Source: Smithellaceae bacterium
GTDB taxonomy: Bacteria > Desulfobacterota > Syntrophia > Syntrophales > Smithellaceae
NCBI GenBank assembly: GCA_963667845.2
Contig: CAXXVL010000002.1
Location: 512,001 to 576,000 of the forward strand
DNA length: 64,000 nucleotides
Reading direction: 5' to 3'
Part shown: in pieces, positions 20,298 to 30,486 of the stretch
Numbering within the stretch: position 1 is the first letter of the stretch
Layout of the letters: each line of letters starts with the position of its first letter
The notes under the pieces: generated by a model
Database searches by the model: none
Seen by the model: only the letters and a program-made list of their open reading frames with translations
What the model was told of the DNA's origin: nothing
Position numbers and translations under genes: made by a program

Positions 20298-21311
20298 ATG
20301 AGTAAACATAAGAAAAATAGTAATAAAGTTGTAAGGGACATGAAAGAATGTTTTCAGTCCCTTGATCTTCCAATAGTCAATGGGAAAAAGGAAGATTCTT
20401 ATGACTTCATGTCAAACGTCGATAACAATAATCTACTTGCGAGAATCTATATAGAATATCAGGTGGCATTTGAATACGTTAATATCAACTTCAGTCTAGG
20501 TAATATCCCATCGGATAAAATTACTGAAATGCTAAAAATGATAAACCTGATAAATGGAACTAACCATTTTCACCAATATTCAATTTGTCCATGCTGTAAC
20601 GAGATTCTTGCACATTCTCAATTATTCATACCGGGGAATAATTTACCAAAAGACAAGTTCAATTGGCTTATCCGCGACCTGCTTGAAAGCGCGAATATCT
20701 TGTATCCATTGATGGGCATAACTCTCTTCAAGGGTGGCGACTTGGATAAATATTACGGCATATACAGGGATACCATGCGGGAAAGTAGGTCTTGCGGAAA
20801 TGGCCTCAGTGAAGAAATGGAGGAAAAGGTATTAAAGGATTTGGTGTCTGTATTTGCAGATTTCACAATTGCCGTTTCTGATGAAAACAGCATTAAGCAT
20901 GGATATTATATAGAAAGCACGCATCCTGAAGATATTGAATTACTCTTCCGCATCGGTACAAGATTGGATACTGAAAATAGAATTGTAATTATTTCTGGCG
21001 CTCCTGGTCTTATTGTTCCGGACGAGAAGATGGCGGTCATGATGGAACTGATTAATAGGATTAACAGACTCTTGGGATCGCAACATTTATTTATTGATCC
21101 TGAAGATAAAAGAACCATCTTGTTGACTGGTATCCTTCTTGAGAATGGAATCCTCCGAAAAGAAGAATTCCGAAAAGCTTTTGAGATGATGACAATGAGC
21201 GTTCTGTGTTGGTTTCCGATCTTCAAGGAAATGGTCACATCCGGCGGGATATCTGCTGAGCTAATTCGAAAACGCATCCCCTGTTATAAAGACCAGACCA
21301 CAATGCATTGA
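20298..21311 (+). CDS. Tandem YbjN-like domain protein
   Basis: Two internal repeats (IPSDK..MLKMINLIN / VPDEK..MMELINRIN..LFIDPE). Confidence 0.5.
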   Translation: MSKHKKNSNKVVRDMKECFQSLDLPIVNGKKEDSYDFMSNVDNNNLLARIYIEYQVAFEYVNINFSLGNIPSDKITEMLKMINLINGTNHFHQYSICPCCNEILAHSQLFIPGNNLPKDKFNWLIRDLLESANILYPLMGITLFKGGDLDKYYGIYRDTMRESRSCGNGLSEEMEEKVLKDLVSVFADFTIAVSDENSIKHGYYIESTHPEDIELLFRIGTRLDTENRIVIISGAPGLIVPDEKMAVMMELINRINRLLGSQHLFIDPEDKRTILLTGILLENGILRKEEFRKAFEMMTMSVLCWFPIFKEMVTSGGISAELIRKRIPCYKDQTTMH

Positions 21312-21520
21312 TTTTTTGGATGGCAATCATTTCTTCTGACAATTATTGCAGGATGAAGTATCCATTTAAAAAATAACAATTTAGCAAAAGGGGCTCATTT
21401 CTCTTCATCGGGAATGAGCCTCTTTTTATTTCATCCCATTCAATCCACAAGAAACAATCCCGAACCAATCTGTCTTGTTGCCTAGAACAAATATTAAAAA
21501 TTATAAAGGAGGACTACATC

Positions 21521-21733
21521 ATGGAATCAAGAAACAATGTTCAAATCAATTTATCCATACCCGAGCAATATCGCAATCTGCTCAGGCGTATGGCGGCGGA
21601 GAGGGTCATGTCAGATCCAAGTCAAGTTGTAACCGGATCGTCAATCGCAACGGAATTGCTGATGGCGGCATTAAATGAAAGCGGAAAATTTGATCACGTA
21701 GAGGGAGGGAAAACAAATGATATATCCAGCTAA
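21521..21733 (+). CDS. Small putative DNA-binding (RHH-like) protein
   Basis: VQINLSIPEQYRNLLRRMAAE beta-alpha pattern; overlaps primase start. Confidence 0.5.
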   Translation: MESRNNVQINLSIPEQYRNLLRRMAAERVMSDPSQVVTGSSIATELLMAALNESGKFDHVEGGKTNDISS

Positions 21734-22622
21734 TTTATCAAAACAAGAATCGCTAAGTATGGCGACCAATTTTCTACAAACCATGTTCTACTCATCCATA
21801 AACCAAAAGGCGGGTGAAATTGAAATAAGAATATTTAGACCCCAAGCAGCATCTCATTTTTTTAGCTCTGTTCAAGCCGCAGCTGAATTAACTATCGACC
21901 TTTGCAATCAAGGTTTAGACGTTTATGTCGGCGTTAATCCCAGAACAGGACAGAAGGGGAAAAAAGAGAATGTGCACTATCTGTCTTCCTTTCACGCAGA
22001 AATTGATTACGGCAGCATTGGCCATAAAAAGGAAACAGAATTTGCAAATTACGAAGAAGCGATGGACAGGATCAATAATTTTCATTTGCAACCTTCTGCC
22101 GCTATTCATTCCGGCGGCGGTTTCCATTGCTATTGGGTTTTAAAAACTCCATTACGCGTATCAGATTATGGAATAGCTACACTGGAAAATATCAACAAAG
22201 CACTCACTCAATCTCTTAATGGCGATCCGGGAACCCATGATATTTCGAGGGTGCTGCGTGTTCCAGGGACTTTCAATTTCAAGAAGCCGGAGAATCCCAG
22301 ACCAGTTGAAATAATATCTATAAGTGGTTTGACGTATGAGTATGATGATTTTGGCGAAGTGCTGGCGACCATAAAAGATGAACCCATTAAAGCAAAGAGC
22401 AAACCGGAAAAAGAAATTGTTCCATCAGGTGATATGCCAGCACCAATGGTTAGTACACCCGAAATCATAAAACCGACGTATGCTGATGCATACCAAAACA
22501 GGGCATCTAATTATTTTATACTGGGCAATAAAGAGATGGGTTGCCGTGATACGCAAAAAATGTGTGAATTGGGTAACTGCAAAACATTAGAAGTGGCTAA
22601 ACGTAAGGGATACTGCCGTTGA
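21717..22622 (+). CDS. RepB-type DNA primase (AEP superfamily), possibly C-terminally truncated
   Basis: DVYVGVNPR, AEID, SGGGFHCYWVL, DISRVLRVPGTFN.K. Confidence 0.75.
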   Translation: MIYPANLSKQESLSMATNFLQTMFYSSINQKAGEIEIRIFRPQAASHFFSSVQAAAELTIDLCNQGLDVYVGVNPRTGQKGKKENVHYLSSFHAEIDYGSIGHKKETEFANYEEAMDRINNFHLQPSAAIHSGGGFHCYWVLKTPLRVSDYGIATLENINKALTQSLNGDPGTHDISRVLRVPGTFNFKKPENPRPVEIISISGLTYEYDDFGEVLATIKDEPIKAKSKPEKEIVPSGDMPAPMVSTPEIIKPTYADAYQNRASNYFILGNKEMGCRDTQKMCELGNCKTLEVAKRKGYCR

Positions 22623-22891
22623 TTTGATGAGGAATTTTAAAACCGATTGACAAAAGGAGCGCACGAGAACATTAACCCCCCGCTGAGAGCAGAGCATGGT
22701 AATGTGTTCGGTACTGTCAACAATCTTTCGCACTTTTTGATTTAGCAATCCAACAATCCGGTTGGCGTTCATGCCATTTCCACGATATTTTCTGTCAATC
22801 TGTCCATATTCAGATATTGACGCATACCTCACCTTGTGGCAGCGACGTGCCGGAGCCTGGCTTTTTGCGAGGAATAATCCCTAATTCATAA

Positions 22892-22919
22892 ATCTTAAGT
22901 ATTATGAAATACTTAAGAT
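22892..22919. other. 28-bp palindrome (11+6+11), candidate tyrosine-recombinase core site
   Basis: atcttaagtat-tatgaa-atacttaagat, 140 bp upstream of the small recombinase. Confidence 0.5.
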
Positions 22920-23058
22920 AAGTCCCTCGATAAATTCCCCTTAAAAATCAATAATATATTAGTAATTATAATGGCTTGTGAATATTTTGGTTTATTTCCT
23001 ATATTAAGTATTATATACAATTAATTGATATTACTTAATATTTAAGGAGGAAAACGCA

Positions 23059-23685
23059 ATGAAAGAAAAAAACGGAAAGCAGAATATTTCAAATAATCCA
23101 AACCATCCCCCAAAAGGTTCATCTACAACTGTCGATCCAATCAGGGATGAAAAAAACATCAAGGCAATCCGTAAACTTTTATCCGATAACCCTAGAAATC
23201 ATCTTTTATTCGTCATGGGGATAAACAACGGATTAAGAACCGGCGATCTTCTTAAACTGAAAGCAGAAGACGTCCGTCATTTGAAAGAAGGCGATAGTAT
23301 CAACATTAGGGAGGGTAAAACTGGCAAACAGAATATTTTGGTTATTAATAAAACCGTTCATAAAGTTCTCAGCCATTACCTGACAGAATGCAAACCAAGC
23401 GACGATGATTATCTGTTCAAAAGCAGAAAAGGCAATAGGCCAATCACCATTCAAACCGTCAATGCCTATTTAAAGCAATGGACTTCGGCAATCAATATGA
23501 AAGGCAATTATGGAGCACATTCGTTGCGGAAGACCTGGGGCTATTTTCAGCGCAAGATATTCGGTGTTGGCTTTGAGATTTTGTGCAAACGATACAATCA
23601 TTCAAACCCGGCTGTAACTATGCGATATTTGGGCATAACAGACAAGGAAGTCGAAAATATTCTTACCAATAATGAAATTGGCTAA
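23059..23685 (+). CDS. Small tyrosine recombinase (catalytic domain only, resolvase-like)
   Basis: GLRTGDLL (R), EGKTGK (K), HSLRKTW (HxxR), YNHS..VTMRYLG (H, Y). Confidence 0.9.
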   Translation: MKEKNGKQNISNNPNHPPKGSSTTVDPIRDEKNIKAIRKLLSDNPRNHLLFVMGINNGLRTGDLLKLKAEDVRHLKEGDSINIREGKTGKQNILVINKTVHKVLSHYLTECKPSDDDYLFKSRKGNRPITIQTVNAYLKQWTSAINMKGNYGAHSLRKTWGYFQRKIFGVGFEILCKRYNHSNPAVTMRYLGITDKEVENILTNNEIG

Positions 23686-23965
23686 AAGTAAATCCAAAGC
23701 CAGCAGGATTGATAAGGATTGTGAAAAGTTAATAAAACTATATTTTTTTTATCATTAATTCGGTCAATCCTATTTTCGAAATTCATTTAAACATTGAAAA
23801 ATCAATATTGCAACATATTGATATTACACATAATAAAAAAGTATCAGATTAAGTGCTTAGAAAATCATATCGTACTGTATAATTCAATTATGGGTAGAGA
23901 GCAGAACAAGAAGTGTTCCAATATGCAAAATTTTTGAAGATGGAAATCAACAGGAGGAAGTCGTC

Positions 23966-25789
23966 ATGGGATTACGCTTTGCACCATTGATTAGAGTTTC
24001 TACGGAAAGGCAGGAAAAAAAAGGTGAGTCATTGGCAACACAGCGAAAACAACTAGAAGCAGCAATCAAAAGCTTAAATGGTACAGTTTATAAATGGTAT
24101 GCAGGGCAGGAACACGCCACGCCTGATCATGAGAGAATAATACTCGATGAAATAATGGCGGACGCGCAAGCAGGCAGGTTCGATGCCATAATGGTTGCTG
24201 ATATTAGCCGATGGTCACGCGACAATCAAAAGAGCAAAAACCATCTCAGCATTTTGAAGAAAAAGCAAATTCAATTTTACTGGCTAGAGCGGCACATGGA
24301 TTTAACTGTGCCATTCAATAATCTAATGATTGGCATGGGAACTGAAATCAATGAATTTTTCGCAGCAGAGCAAGGCTACAAATCCCTTATTAATAAAATT
24401 GAACTGGCTAAAAAAGGTTATCCCTCCTGCGGACAAATTCCTTATGGTCGAAAATTTGACGAAGAATCAATGAAATGGGAGATTGACGAAGAAAAAAGAA
24501 GAATCATGATAGATGCGGCTGACCGCTATTTGAAAGGTGAAGGCTTACGAACCATTGCTGCTTCTCACAGGATGAATCTGCCAAATCTTCATAAACTTCT
24601 AAAGGAAAGATCAGGCGATACATGGGAGGTACATTTCAAATCTAAAGATTTCAATATTGACGAAACCATAATTATAAATGTGCCAAGGCTTCTACCGCAA
24701 AATGTTATTGATGAGATAAAAAAACACTCAGAGTCAAATAAAACTTTCACTCATGGCCATTCAAAAAATAAATATCTTTTATCAAGGATGATTTTTTGTG
24801 ATGAATGCGACCATCCATTAACCGGGACGCCAAGTCATGGAAACCTCTATTACAGACATTCAAGGGATTGGGGCTGTAAAAGTTATAATTCCATACCTGC
24901 TGATATTATTGAAAGCGCTGTAATTGAGGACATCTTCCAGATGCTTGGTGATTTACCGCGAATCGAACAGGCCGCAAAAGCTGCTTTACCGAATGTAAAG
25001 GAACAGGATGATCTAAAACATGAGATTAAGCAGGCTGAAAAGGAACTCCTGAAAATTAAAAAGATGAAAGGCAAGCTGCTTGATTTAGCGGAAAGTGGCT
25101 CACTTCATGATGATGATATTAAAGAGCGGATGGACAAACATAGAGAAACGGAAGCCCTTTTGAGATCAAGGATTGACATAGTAATGTCTAAACTTAAAAG
25201 TATTCCTTCCGAAAAAGATATAAAAAAAAGATCAGGTATAATTGTGCGATTTCGGCAAGAGTTCCTCAAAATGAAGAAACACCTTAATGATGAAATGACA
25301 TTTGACGACAAGAGAAAACTCCTACAATATGCATTTGATGGAAAAGATGACGATGGAAAGAGGTGCGGCGTCTATATTCGCAAAGCAGATAATGGCCGAT
25401 GGATTTATGAAATCAAAGGTCTGTTCCATGAAAATGGGATTATGAAAAAGATTAATCATGTTGATATAGTACCAAAGATTTATGCCGATGAAGACGAATA
25501 TGTTTATGAACCATTGGAAGATAATTCAGGCCCGATAATTGATAGCTCCATAGATGCCAATGTCCCGGCCGCTGAAGCAAGAGCAAGTTATATACAAAGG
25601 ACAAGGGAACATGATAATAAGCATAAACAAGATATGCATCGTCTAAACAAGTGCCATGCCGGAATCGATTTTCTCTTCGCGTACCGCTTTTTGCACGGAT
25701 TCCGTGATATCAATCATCTCAAATCGCGAGTGGCTGCGAATGGATATTTCCTTCATAACGAACCCTCGCTTATTCTGCGGCCACTTTAA
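23966..25789 (+). CDS. Large serine recombinase; last 47 codons come from host yjbQ antisense DNA beyond the crossover
   Basis: IRVSTERQ catalytic Ser, DISRWSRD, PYGR recombinase domain, YLLSRMIFCDECD zinc ribbon, coiled coil. Confidence 0.93.
   Translation: MGLRFAPLIRVSTERQEKKGESLATQRKQLEAAIKSLNGTVYKWYAGQEHATPDHERIILDEIMADAQAGRFDAIMVADISRWSRDNQKSKNHLSILKKKQIQFYWLERHMDLTVPFNNLMIGMGTEINEFFAAEQGYKSLINKIELAKKGYPSCGQIPYGRKFDEESMKWEIDEEKRRIMIDAADRYLKGEGLRTIAASHRMNLPNLHKLLKERSGDTWEVHFKSKDFNIDETIIINVPRLLPQNVIDEIKKHSESNKTFTHGHSKNKYLLSRMIFCDECDHPLTGTPSHGNLYYRHSRDWGCKSYNSIPADIIESAVIEDIFQMLGDLPRIEQAAKAALPNVKEQDDLKHEIKQAEKELLKIKKMKGKLLDLAESGSLHDDDIKERMDKHRETEALLRSRIDIVMSKLKSIPSEKDIKKRSGIIVRFRQEFLKMKKHLNDEMTFDDKRKLLQYAFDGKDDDGKRCGVYIRKADNGRWIYEIKGLFHENGIMKKINHVDIVPKIYADEDEYVYEPLEDNSGPIIDSSIDANVPAAEARASYIQRTREHDNKHKQDMHRLNKCHAGIDFLFAYRFLHGFRDINHLKSRVAANGYFLHNEPSLILRPL
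25632..25660 (-). other. Serine recombinase hybrid site (B arm-TA-P' arm), crossover 25644-25645
   Basis: Minus strand ggcatggcacttgtt-TA-gacgatgcatat joins the yjbQ N-half to element DNA. Confidence 0.85.
25643..25756 (-). pseudogene. yjbQ: yjbQ (UPF0047) N-terminal fragment, 37 codons
   Basis: MKEISIRSHSRFEMIDITESVQKAVREEKIDSGMALV then TAG created at the junction; follows the mla-like operon. Confidence 0.85.
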
Positions 25790-26441
25790 CGGCAGTGTAT
25801 ACGTCGCTGATGATGTCACGCGAGAGGACCTGCATGGCCTGGCTCGCGGCCTGACAGTATCCCAGGGGGGACGAATCCGCGAGGGGTTCTTCGCGGAAAT
25901 ATTTTTTCTGAAACATCATTCTTTTGCCGGTTTCTTTCTCCCTCGTGTCCTGCAGAGAGATGCTGATGCCGATAACCGCCGTTTTTTTGTCCTTATCAAT
26001 CCGCAGATAAAACTCGTCAACGCTTCCGGAGATGACAAATCGTCCTTCATCCGCCTCATAGCGGGAGAATACTGCCCCAAACAGGCCGCTCGTCCTCATA
26101 TCCTCCAGCAGGTCGTCGCATAACATGTCGGCCGGATGAACGGCCCACCGGGAGTAGTTAAAGGAATCAAGACTGTAAGGATCGTTACGGAAGATCATAT
26201 TCGTGGTATTGTAGGCGGCGGCTGAGGAGAAGCGGTTGAATTTGATAAAGGCCGGAAGCCTCACCTGTTTACTAAAGGACGGGGCCGTGTAACTCAATAG
26301 ATATTTTTCCACGCTGTACGATGGTTTGCCGGTCGATGCGCATCCGACAACGATAAGGAGGCATGAAACTGCCATCACCAGATAAACGCGTTGCCATCGT
26401 TTCCGAAAGCAACGCGGCGCAAGCCAAAAATTTTCCATCAC
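25770..26441 (-). CDS. ABC-type transport auxiliary lipoprotein (PqiC-like)
   Basis: Lipobox VVGC, YSRWAVHP; last gene of the MlaE/F/D operon. Confidence 0.8.
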   Translation of the reverse strand: MMENFWLAPRCFRKRWQRVYLVMAVSCLLIVVGCASTGKPSYSVEKYLLSYTAPSFSKQVRLPAFIKFNRFSSAAAYNTTNMIFRNDPYSLDSFNYSRWAVHPADMLCDDLLEDMRTSGLFGAVFSRYEADEGRFVISGSVDEFYLRIDKDKKTAVIGISISLQDTREKETGKRMMFQKKYFREEPLADSSPLGYCQAASQAMQVLSRDIISDVYTAVKVAAE

Positions 26442-26454
26442 GTCAGTCCTTTCG

Positions 26455-27387
26455 TTATTCCATCGGTTTTCGCGGCGGTGCAGGTCTTGTAAAAATCAAA
26501 TCCGATGGATTTTTGTTTAAATTGTCGGAAAGCTTCTGTAAATTTTCCGAAGTGACCCGCAGGTTTTCCGATGTATCCTGCAGATCGTTGGTGATCTTTT
26601 TTGTTTTCCGGTCGACGTCCCTGAAAATGGCATCCGCCCTCTCCGATTTTTCGCGCAGATTCAAATCCTTCATGTCGCTTTTGGCTTTTGCAACGAGTTG
26701 CCTGACATCCGACAAAATGTCCAGAGATTCGCTGACGGCCCGATCTACTTTGCCTCCTGAAACTAAATTATTGATTTTTAAGGTTGTTTCTTCAAGGTTA
26801 ACGGATGTCGATTCCAGGTGAGCCATGATACTGTTGATGCGCTTGCCATCCACAAAGTTTTCGATGGCCTGGGTAGTGTTTTTCACGCTGTCGGAAATAC
26901 CTTTGAAATCTATATCCTTAATATTCTGCATAATCGCGCTTGTATCTGCAAGAAAACGGCTGATTTCGGACTTCCGGGACGGAATAACCGGATAGTCTGA
27001 TTCAAAAGTGAGTTTCGGCGAATTGGCCAGGTCTCCCGGTGCGATGCGGTCGAGTTCGATAAAGACGATTCCGGTGATGCCGGCTGTTTTCAGAGATGCG
27101 ACGGTTTGCTTGGGCAAATCACCCTCCAGGTCGATTTTCATAGTTACTTCGATCAGGCGGTAGTCCGGAGCGACGTCTATTTTCTGCACTTTTCCGATTT
27201 CAACGCCCCGGTATTTAATTGCCGAGTCCACCTGCAATCCCTGGACGGATTCGTCAAAGTACACTGCAAAGAGGGAGCCTTTGACAAAAAATCTGGCTGC
27301 GCCGACCCAGATGATAACGACTGCGCAGATCACCACCCCGACAATGACAAAAAGACCGATCATAAATTTTGAGCTTTTAGCTGACAT
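26455..27387 (-). CDS. MlaD/MCE family protein
   Basis: N-terminal TM, FDESVQGL.VDSAIKYRGVEIGKV, GITGIVFIEL. Confidence 0.9.
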   Translation of the reverse strand: MSAKSSKFMIGLFVIVGVVICAVVIIWVGAARFFVKGSLFAVYFDESVQGLQVDSAIKYRGVEIGKVQKIDVAPDYRLIEVTMKIDLEGDLPKQTVASLKTAGITGIVFIELDRIAPGDLANSPKLTFESDYPVIPSRKSEISRFLADTSAIMQNIKDIDFKGISDSVKNTTQAIENFVDGKRINSIMAHLESTSVNLEETTLKINNLVSGGKVDRAVSESLDILSDVRQLVAKAKSDMKDLNLREKSERADAIFRDVDRKTKKITNDLQDTSENLRVTSENLQKLSDNLNKNPSDLIFTRPAPPRKPME

Positions 27388-28171
27388 AAAGCCTCTGTTC
27401 GTCATGCTGCGCGGGCAATTGTCGCAGGAAGAAACTCTTCACCCGCGGGTCCGTCGCCTTTTCTTTCAATTCCAAGGGCTTTCCCTCGGCAATGATTCCC
27501 CTGGCCTCTTTATCCAACATTAACACTCTATCGGCGATTTTGTAAATAGATTCCAGCTCGTGAGTTACGATAACCATGGTTGTTCCCAACGCTTCATTGG
27601 TCTTGATAATCAAGTCGTCCAGTTCCACAGCCGTAATGGGGTCAAGCCCTGCTGATAACTCGTCCAGAAAAAGGACTTGGGGGTCGAGCGCCATCGCGCG
27701 GGCGATGCCCGCTCTCTTCTTCATCCCTCCGGAGAGTTCGGACGGATTATGGTTTTCATAGCCGGCCAAGTTGACCATACCTAATTTCATTTTGATAATC
27801 TGGTTAATGGTTTCCTTGTCCAGATTGGTATATTCCTGCAAGGGAAGCTCAATATTTTCTTTGATCGTCATTGAACTGAACAGAGCACCGGATTGAAACA
27901 GAACGCCGATATTTTGCCGGTACCGGTTGAGCGCATCTTCCTCGGCGCCGATGATGTCGGTTCCCTGGTACAAAACCTGGCCGGAATGAGGCTTCTGCAG
28001 ACCGATCATGATTTTCAGCAAAGTCGATTTACCGCAACCGCTGCCGCCCACGATGACCAGGACTTCTCCCCTGTAAACCTCAAGATTCACGTTTTCGAAA
28101 ACGATGTTATTTCCAAAACGCTGCGTCAGGTTCTTCACGGTAAGGACGGCTTTGTTTTCCGACAGTTTCAC
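27377..28171 (-). CDS. MlaF-like ABC ATP-binding protein
   Basis: GGSGCGKST, LSGGMKKRAGIARA, FLDE, VTHE. Confidence 0.92.
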   Translation of the reverse strand: MKLSENKAVLTVKNLTQRFGNNIVFENVNLEVYRGEVLVIVGGSGCGKSTLLKIMIGLQKPHSGQVLYQGTDIIGAEEDALNRYRQNIGVLFQSGALFSSMTIKENIELPLQEYTNLDKETINQIIKMKLGMVNLAGYENHNPSELSGGMKKRAGIARAMALDPQVLFLDELSAGLDPITAVELDDLIIKTNEALGTTMVIVTHELESIYKIADRVLMLDKEARGIIAEGKPLELKEKATDPRVKSFFLRQLPAQHDEQRLYVS

Positions 28172-28183
28172 CGCATCATCCTT

Positions 28184-29380
28184 TTAGATTTGTTTAACGT
28201 AATATAACATAATGGCAAAAATGGAATCGGCGACCACGATCAGAAAAATCGCGGCGACTACGGCCGAGGTGGTAAATTTGCCGACATCCTGGGCGCCCGA
28301 GCGAACCTGGAAGCCCCGCTGGCAGCCGATGGCGGAAATGAGCCCGGCGAACACGGCGGCCTTAATCAGACTGGTGACAACATCAAACACCTGAATGGTC
28401 CTGACCGACTGGGTCACGTAAGTATTAACCGTCAGGTCCAGACTGGTGACGCCGATAATCATGCCGCCGAAGACACCGAAAAAGTCGGCATAGATGGTCA
28501 GGATGGGCACAACGAAGATGGTGGCCAGAACCTTGGGGACAGCCAGAAAACGAATCGGATCAAAGCCCATGGTATGCAGTGCATCCACTTCTTCATTGAC
28601 CACCATGGTGCCGATTTCCGCAGCGAAAGCGGAGCCGGAACGGCCCGCCACTAATATCGCCGTCATAAGAGGTCCCAGTTCTTTGATCATCGCGAAACTG
28701 ACCAGTGCGGGGACATAGATGTTCGCGCCGAATTGCTTGAACTGCAGATAAGACATAAAGGCCATAATCAGCCCCATCAAAAGACCGATCAGAGCGACAA
28801 TGGGCAAACCGTCAACGCCGGCCCGCTGGACGTAGAAAAGGACATCTTTCCAGCGCAGCGTTTTGGGATGGGTCAACGTGTAGGCAAGTGCGACCAGAAG
28901 TTCGCCGATGAACGTGACAAAATTAACGAAATCAAGGGCTAGATACAAAGACGCCTGTCCGATTTTGCGGATAAAGCCGTCGTGCGATTGTTCGGATTTA
29001 AAGGGTTCATGGGTCAGCGCGCTTTCATGGATAACGCTGAAAATTCCCTTGGATTCATCGTTTAAGTTGATGAGCTGGCACGGGACCTTCTTTGTGACGG
29101 CTTCTTTTTCAATTTGAACAAATGCAAGGGCCGAGGCACTGTCTAAATAGCTGACGTGTGAAAAATCGATAGTGATGCTTTGCAACGCCTGGCCGGAAAT
29201 TTCCTTTTTGATATCGCCGACGAAAATGGTCAGATTTTTCAGGCTGAACTGCCCTTCAAGATAAATGAAAAGATTCAAGCCTTCTCTTTTGAAGGAGATC
29301 TTATGGGCGATCTGGCAATCTTTCTGGACTGGCATCTGCATCGCAATGCTCATTTTTGCGTGGTGGAGGAAATTCCTCAA
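28184..29380 (-). CDS. MlaE-like permease with N-terminal STAS domain
   Basis: DFSHVSYLDSA STAS motif; ELGPLMTAILVAGRSGSAFAAEIGTM. Confidence 0.9.
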   Translation of the reverse strand: MRNFLHHAKMSIAMQMPVQKDCQIAHKISFKREGLNLFIYLEGQFSLKNLTIFVGDIKKEISGQALQSITIDFSHVSYLDSASALAFVQIEKEAVTKKVPCQLINLNDESKGIFSVIHESALTHEPFKSEQSHDGFIRKIGQASLYLALDFVNFVTFIGELLVALAYTLTHPKTLRWKDVLFYVQRAGVDGLPIVALIGLLMGLIMAFMSYLQFKQFGANIYVPALVSFAMIKELGPLMTAILVAGRSGSAFAAEIGTMVVNEEVDALHTMGFDPIRFLAVPKVLATIFVVPILTIYADFFGVFGGMIIGVTSLDLTVNTYVTQSVRTIQVFDVVTSLIKAAVFAGLISAIGCQRGFQVRSGAQDVGKFTTSAVVAAIFLIVVADSIFAIMLYYVKQI

Positions 29381-29727
29381 GGAGAACCTTTGACTTCCGC
29401 AACATATTTAAGCCGGTTGCCGGATGCTTGTCAATGAAAAATGAAAAACATTGCCTGCGGAATTTAGCTTCCTTTACCTAATCAGTTGCGGGGAAACCGG
29501 CGAGTGACTGCATTCTTTTCCACATTTCGTTTAAGCGTTTGAACATTTCATTGAAAGAAACGTGCTGAAAGAAGGTTTGGGGGTCTTAACAGCCGGCGGG
29601 GCAATCGATAAATACCGTTATATAACATGATGTTATATATATATTTCGGGTGTGGTTGAATTCTGGCACGGACTTTTCATTAGAATAAAGGCAAATAGAC
29701 AGACACCCCTCAAGGAGGTAACAGATC

Positions 29728-30003
29728 ATGAAAAAGACATTAGGAACCATCGTAGCGGCGGCGGCAGTAGTTCTTTTAACGGCAACCTTTGGATTTGCAG
29801 AATATGCGGCAGCGGGAGCGACCAATTTCCCGTATTTCCAGCTGGGCTGCCTGATTGTGGGCGGATTGATTTTAGTCAGCCTGAAGAGGAAGTATAACAA
29901 GATGTACACAGCAGAAGTTGTCGGCGCCTTCGCTCTTTACACCATTCTGATGGCGCTCTTTACCAACCCGGTTATTGATGCAGTGAAAAACATGATGACC
30001 TGA
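29728..30003 (+). CDS. Small membrane protein
   Basis: SD aaggagg, three hydrophobic segments. Confidence 0.65.
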   Translation: MKKTLGTIVAAAAVVLLTATFGFAEYAAAGATNFPYFQLGCLIVGGLILVSLKRKYNKMYTAEVVGAFALYTILMALFTNPVIDAVKNMMT

Positions 30004-30056
30004 TAGGTGGAAGTTACGAAGACGCAGAGAGAATTTAAGGAAGGAGGATTAAGATC

Positions 30057-30296
30057 ATGATCGCGACACAGAGAATAAACCAGAAGCAGTATCAGGGTTT
30101 CACCGGTGTGATGATGATATCGGCCTGGGGCCTGGCGATGGTGATTGCATCTTTCCTGTTCCTCTATATCGGTCACCTTCTGGATGAGAAACTGGGAACC
30201 GCACCGAATTTCATGCTGGGCTTGTTCATGCTGGCGATCTTCATCTGCGTCATGAGACTCTATCAGGAAGCAAAGAAACGAATGAAGGATTTGTAG
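30057..30296 (+). CDS. AtpZ/AtpI-family small membrane protein
   Basis: IGHLLDEKLGTAPNFML motif between two TM helices. Confidence 0.7.
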   Translation: MIATQRINQKQYQGFTGVMMISAWGLAMVIASFLFLYIGHLLDEKLGTAPNFMLGLFMLAIFICVMRLYQEAKKRMKDL

Positions 30297-30334
30297 TAGC
30301 CGCTACACCAAAAACATGATCTGTCTATATAACG

Positions 30335-30369
30335 AGCCCCCTCAGGTCATCCGACTGAGGGGGCTTTTT
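30335..30369 (+). terminator. Intrinsic terminator
   Basis: agccccctcag...ctgagggggct followed by tttt. Confidence 0.75.
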
Positions 30370-30486
30370 AGTGCACATTTTCCGCTCGAAAACTTTCATG
30401 ATAATTTATAATAACGCGGAAAGGTTCTGCGTGCGAGGAGCAATCCACTGGAAGACTACCCGGGCAGGAAACTCAAAGGACACGCA

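Larger units (their letters stand above)
15681..25645. mobile_element. Integrative element, part X (xis, primase, small Tyr recombinase, large Ser recombinase)
   Basis: Begins at tRNA 3' end, AT-rich, ends at the serine crossover abutting the yjbQ N-half. Confidence 0.85.
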
